A DNA stretch of 48,107 nucleotides from Candidatus Caldatribacteriota bacterium (GTDB lineage: Bacteria; Atribacterota; Phoenicimicrobiia; Phoenicimicrobiales; Phoenicimicrobiaceae). The stretch lies in assembly GCA_034659055.1 (NCBI GenBank), contig JAYEGH010000091.1, forward strand, positions 1 through 48,107, read 5' to 3'. The notes under the pieces are model-generated. The model did not search any database, had not been told where the DNA came from, and saw only the letters and a list, made by a program, of their open reading frames with translations. Made by a program: the position numbers and the translations under genes. Every line of letters starts with the position of its first letter. Positions within the stretch are counted from its first letter, which is position 1. This document shows positions 44,270-48,107 of this stretch, one piece after another.

Positions 44270-45970
44270 CTATCGGATTTTACTCTTCTTTTCTACCACA
44301 ATCTCTTTCTGTTTTTTTTTCTTCTTTAAATTCTTCTCCACAAAAATTGCTTTTCCGGTAAATGGATCTATTTCAGTATAATACATCAGGGTAGAATAGG
44401 TTGAAGGAGTAGGGGTAAATATCTGAACTTGTTCCGGATTTATTTTTAATTCTTTAGAAACAAACCCATGCAATTTACGCATATCCTCCTCCCTGCAACC
44501 AGGGTGTGCAGCTATCAGATAATAGGTTAAAAATTGCTTTTTTCTCTGTTCTTTATTTATTTGGAAAAACTTATCTTTAAATAATTTCAGATAACTATTA
44601 TCAGGCTTACCCATTTTTTGCAAAATTTTGTTTTCAGTATGCTCGGGGGCGATTTTAAGCTGTCCTGAAATATGATATTTAATTAATTCTCTTAAATATT
44701 TATCTCCATATTTCTGGTCATTTAATAACATATCATAGCGTATCCCTGAGGCAACAAAAACCTTTTTTACCCCCTCAATCCGTCTTATCTTATTTAAAAT
44801 TTCCATCTGCTTTTTATGATTTATCTTTAGACTCGAGCAAAACTGCGGATACAGGCATTTCTTATCGAAACAGCTTCCTGACTTTAATTTCTTTCGGCAT
44901 TCTATTCCGTACATATTAGCAGTAGGTCCGCCTACATCTAATATGTATCCCTTAAAATCCCTTAATTTGGTTAATAATCTTGCCTCTCTTAAAATTGATT
45001 TTTCACTTCTTCCCTGGATAACCCTGCCCTGATGAACCGCAATGGAACAAAAATTACACTCTCCATAACATCCGCGATGAGTAGTTATAGAAAATTTTAT
45101 TGTATCCATCGCTTTTACTTTTCCATCTTTTCGATAATAAGGGTGAACATCTCTTTCATAGGGTAGATCATAAATTTTATCTATTTCTTTTTTCTTGAGT
45201 GGATGAGTCGGTAAATTCTGAATTAAATAGCGGGTATCCTGCTGCTGGGATAATCCTTTCGCGGTGAGAGCATCATTGTTCTGATAAAAGATGTGGAACA
45301 TAGAGATAAATTTCTCATTATCCTGTTTTACTTCTTGATAAGAAGGCAGTAACAGATATCCTTTTCCAGGATGAGGAGAAAGATAGCATATTCCCTTAAC
45401 TCGTTTAAAATCTTCACCCCTATTTATTTTTTCTGCCAATGCCAGAACTGATTTTTCTCCCATACCATAGACCAGAATATCTGCTTTAGCGTCTACCAGT
45501 ATCGACCTTCTGATTTTGTTATCCCAATAATCGTAATGGGCAATTCGACGAAGACTGACTTCAATGCCTCCAAGCACAATAGGGACGGTTTTCTTGTAAT
45601 ATTTTTTAATCAAATTGCAATAAACGATGGTTGCCCGATCAGGCCGCTTGGTATTTTTACCTCCGGGAGTAAAATCATCATTCTTTCTCTTTTTCTTTAA
45701 GGCAGTATAATTAGCAACCATGGAATCGACCGAACCGGCAGTTACTCCCCAAAAAAGTTTCGGTTCACCCAGTCTGGTAATATCCTTCTCACTGTAGATG
45801 TCAGGCTGGGCAATAATACCTACTTTATAACCGGCAGCAGCTAAAACCCTACCTATCACTGCTGCTCCGATATAGGAACTGTCTATATAGGTGTCACCGG
45901 TTACCAGGATAATATCCAATTTATCCCAATTCATTTTTTTTAATTCAGCTTTAGTAACAGGCAAAAACAT
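44270..45970 (-). CDS. ygiQ: YgiQ-family radical SAM protein (UPF0313)
   Basis: 566 aa. N-terminus MFLPVTKAELKKMNWDKLDIILVTGDTYIDS is characteristic of YgiQ. Radical-SAM cluster CYGECNFCS. Confidence 0.85.
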   Translation of the reverse strand: MFLPVTKAELKKMNWDKLDIILVTGDTYIDSSYIGAAVIGRVLAAAGYKVGIIAQPDIYSEKDITRLGEPKLFWGVTAGSVDSMVANYTALKKKRKNDDFTPGGKNTKRPDRATIVYCNLIKKYYKKTVPIVLGGIEVSLRRIAHYDYWDNKIRRSILVDAKADILVYGMGEKSVLALAEKINRGEDFKRVKGICYLSPHPGKGYLLLPSYQEVKQDNEKFISMFHIFYQNNDALTAKGLSQQQDTRYLIQNLPTHPLKKKEIDKIYDLPYERDVHPYYRKDGKVKAMDTIKFSITTHRGCYGECNFCSIAVHQGRVIQGRSEKSILREARLLTKLRDFKGYILDVGGPTANMYGIECRKKLKSGSCFDKKCLYPQFCSSLKINHKKQMEILNKIRRIEGVKKVFVASGIRYDMLLNDQKYGDKYLRELIKYHISGQLKIAPEHTENKILQKMGKPDNSYLKLFKDKFFQINKEQRKKQFLTYYLIAAHPGCREEDMRKLHGFVSKELKINPEQVQIFTPTPSTYSTLMYYTEIDPFTGKAIFVEKNLKKKKKQKEIVVEKKSKIR

Positions 45971-45984
45971 AAATTACCCTCTTT

Positions 45985-47373
45985 TTAAATTGAATCAGCA
46001 AGCCCTTCTCCGACACCACTGCCGTGAAACCATAAATTCATCTTTTTTAACTCACTCCTTAGATAAAAGACAGTAAGAATGACTGCTAAAACATCAGCAA
46101 TCGGATAGGAAATCCAAATTCCCATAATACCCAATCCTAAGATTCTTGGTAAAATAATGACAAGTGGTATAAAAATTAATATCTGTCTAAGTAGGGATAA
46201 TATCAAGGTAGGTATTGCTTTTCCTAATGATTGAAAAACAGTAGCGCCAACAATTTGAATACCGATTAGCGGAATCATGGAAATAATGATTCTCATTACG
46301 GGAATACCTTTTTCAATGACTTCGCCTTCTGATGTGAAGACGTGAAAAATAAGAGAAGGGAACAGCTCGATAAAACACCATCCAAGGGTTGCCAATCCCG
46401 TAGTGACTAAAATAGATATTTTTATCGTCTCTTTGACCCGCTCATATTTTTTGGCACCATAATTAAATCCGATAATAGGCTGCATTCCTTGAACAACTCC
46501 AAACATCGGCATAAATATAAACATTGTTACTCTATGAAGGATACCTATAATAATTAAAGCAACATCTCCTCCTAAAATACTTAAAGAACTATTGATAATA
46601 ATACCGGCTATTCCCCCGGAGATATGCCTGAAAAAGGAAGCCATGCCTACAGTAATTATTTCCTTAATAATATCTAACCTCGGTTTTAGATGATGAAACC
46701 TGACCTTTAATGAACTTTTACCACTATATAAATATCTTAGGATATAGAGAAAAGCAAAAAACTGAGCAATGATGGTTGCCAGTGCCGCACCTTTTACTCC
46801 TAATTTAAATACAAAGATAAATATCGGATCTAAAATAATGTTTGACCCTGCACCAATTATCATGGAAGTCATGGCTACTTTGGCGTTTCCCTCTGCCCTG
46901 ATCAAATTATTGGTCGACATGGCAAAAGAGCGGAATACGCTTCCGTAAAATATAATGGTGATATAATCCCTGGCATAAGGCAATATCGTATCGGTTGCGC
47001 CGACCAATCTAAGTAGAGGTTCGGTAAAAATTAAACCCAATATCGCAATAATCGCACTAAAAAACACGATAGATATAAACGAGTTTCCGGTTACATTGTC
47101 TGCCCTTTCAACATTTTTGGCTCCCAGACTTCTTGAAATAGCGGAAGCTGAACCCATCCCTATCATAATGGCAAAAGCCATGATAATCATTTGAATGGGG
47201 AAAGATACAGTTAAAGCACCAATGGCTATTGCACCTACTCCCCTTCCCACAAAAATAGTATCTACTAAATTATATAATGCATTTACGGTCATTCCCATGG
47301 TTGCGGGTACAGATAGGCTGATTAAAAGTTTGCTGATCTTCTCTTTTCCCAATCTAGTACTAATCTCTTTCAT
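45985..47373 (-). CDS. MATE-family efflux transporter
   Basis: 462 aa, 12 TM, with typical MATE N-terminal blocks (PATMGMTVNALYNLVDTIFVG). Confidence 0.85.
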   Translation of the reverse strand: MKEISTRLGKEKISKLLISLSVPATMGMTVNALYNLVDTIFVGRGVGAIAIGALTVSFPIQMIIMAFAIMIGMGSASAISRSLGAKNVERADNVTGNSFISIVFFSAIIAILGLIFTEPLLRLVGATDTILPYARDYITIIFYGSVFRSFAMSTNNLIRAEGNAKVAMTSMIIGAGSNIILDPIFIFVFKLGVKGAALATIIAQFFAFLYILRYLYSGKSSLKVRFHHLKPRLDIIKEIITVGMASFFRHISGGIAGIIINSSLSILGGDVALIIIGILHRVTMFIFMPMFGVVQGMQPIIGFNYGAKKYERVKETIKISILVTTGLATLGWCFIELFPSLIFHVFTSEGEVIEKGIPVMRIIISMIPLIGIQIVGATVFQSLGKAIPTLILSLLRQILIFIPLVIILPRILGLGIMGIWISYPIADVLAVILTVFYLRSELKKMNLWFHGSGVGEGLADSI

Positions 47374-47427
47374 AAATTTTCTCCTATTATAATTTCTTCA
47401 TTATTTTATTAATATCAAATTAATATC

Positions 47428-47862
47428 TCATTTGTCACAAAAAACACGATTTAGAATCTTTAATCCCTTAATAATGTCATTTATTTCCTGTTTAGAAAGT
47501 TTTTTAAGCAAATGAGCAAAATATTCTTCCCTTTTCCGATGAAATTCACGGTATATTTGTTGGCTCCCCTTGCTCAAGTAAATCTTAACCACTCTTCTAT
47601 CATCTCGGTCGCGTTGACGCTCTACTATTTTCTTCTGTTCAAGGCGATCCAAAATACCTGACACAGTACTATCAGATAATCCCATTTTTTCACTAATCTC
47701 ACTAACCTTCTGTTTTCCGTTTTTGGCCAATATAGAGATAACAGAAAGTTGAGGAAGTGTAAAACCAGAATCCTGCATTAAATCATGAAAATCGTGTCTT
47801 AAGGTTCTATTAAAATTTCTACTCAGATTTATAATTTGGGAAATGTTTTCGAATTTTGACAT
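47428..47862 (-). CDS. MarR-family transcriptional regulator
   Basis: 144 aa. Winged-HTH blocks (LSVISILAKNGKQKVSEISEKMGLSDSTVSGILDRLEQKKIVERQRDRDDRR). RBS GGGAGG 9 nt upstream of the ATG. Confidence 0.85.
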   Translation of the reverse strand: MSKFENISQIINLSRNFNRTLRHDFHDLMQDSGFTLPQLSVISILAKNGKQKVSEISEKMGLSDSTVSGILDRLEQKKIVERQRDRDDRRVVKIYLSKGSQQIYREFHRKREEYFAHLLKKLSKQEINDIIKGLKILNRVFCDK

Positions 47863-47921
47863 TTAAAAATTTCCTCCCGGTCTCTCTTATATTTTGTATC
47901 ATAATATTTCGTATGCGAATT

Positions 47922-47950
47922 ATTATAATGCAAAAATTCGTCTCTGTCAA
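47922..47950 (-). promoter_or_regulatory. Perfect sigma70-type consensus promoter for marR (TTGACA-17 nt-TATAAT)
   Basis: Minus strand reads TTGACAgagacgaatttttgcatTATAAT. The -35 box is at 47945-47950 and the -10 box at 47922-47927, about 60 nt upstream of the marR ATG. Confidence 0.6.
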
Positions 47951-47952
47951 AC

Positions 47953-47979
47953 TGGTACAGGGGACGGTTCTCTGTACCA
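47953..47979. repeat. 27-nt palindromic repeat, copy C (inverted orientation)
   Basis: Plus strand reads TGGTACAGGGGACGGTTCTCTGTACCA, the exact reverse complement of copy B. Sits 2 nt upstream of the marR -35 box. Confidence 0.85.
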
Positions 47980-48107
47980 GTAGTCTTATCCAATGCAAGA
48001 TGAGCCTGAAAGTAAGAGTCATGCTGCTAGTATTTTATCAAATAATTTATCCCTTTCCAACTGTACTTTTTTAGCCATCTCATTATCTGTGTATCTTCTT
48101 GCTATTT

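Noticed and set aside
34341-47979. The three 27-nt palindromic repeats as a possible CRISPR array
   Set aside because: There are only three copies, spaced 588 bp and about 13 kb apart. One is inverted, two lie inside ORFs, and no cas genes are present. This does not fit CRISPR architecture.
47819-48074. Overlapping 67-aa (minus) and 72-aa (plus) ORFs upstream of marR
   Set aside because: They overlap each other, the marR 5' end and its consensus promoter. They have no RBS and are largely translations of the palindromic repeat and AT-rich spacer, so they are probably spurious.

Overview
AT-rich bacterial chromosomal segment with 39 credible CDS, 38 of them on the minus strand. I saw no rRNA, tRNA, CRISPR array, transposase or integrase. 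All protein calls rest on motif recognition from memory, since no searches were possible.

Left 21 kb (185-21237): a purine/ureide-type catabolic island. It encodes:
- a PuuR-like XRE-cupin regulator and a BMP-family (nucleoside/purine-type) ABC importer;
- two non-canonical carbamoyltransferases carrying a YgeW-like substrate motif;
- an allantoinase/hydantoinase-like cyclic amidohydrolase and a carbamate kinase;
- a translationally coupled trio of ThrC-like PLP enzyme, M20 amidohydrolase and TrpB-like PLP enzyme;
- a three-subunit xanthine-dehydrogenase-family molybdoenzyme;
- an 8-oxoguanine/guanine-deaminase-like amidohydrolase and SsnA.

This gene set resembles the E. coli ygeW-ygeX-ygeY-hyuA-yqeA / ssnA-xdhD neighbourhood, but the enzyme complement differs. 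It is my top candidate for a poorly described system.

Right half: sugar ABC importer plus HAD hydrolase, SbcDC, a HI0933/BaiN-type flavoprotein, an ABC-F ATPase (the only plus-strand gene), an orphan divergent proteasome/HslV-like Ntn hydrolase, GNAT, an HD hydrolase, an MFS transporter, gpt, a MacAB-like efflux operon with HlyD and two tandem TolC paralogs, a DMT transporter, and a MarR-MATE-YgiQ unit.

Non-coding highlights:
- a 27-nt palindromic repeat in three copies; two supply the C-terminal codons (GTGDGSLYQ) of adjacent unrelated genes, and one abuts a perfect consensus promoter;
- composite palindromes and 7-8-nt tandem repeats in operon leaders;
- start-codon-less perfect Shine-Dalgarno motifs about 75 nt upstream of three operon-leading genes;
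- hairpin/T-tract attenuators directly after both solute-binding-protein genes.
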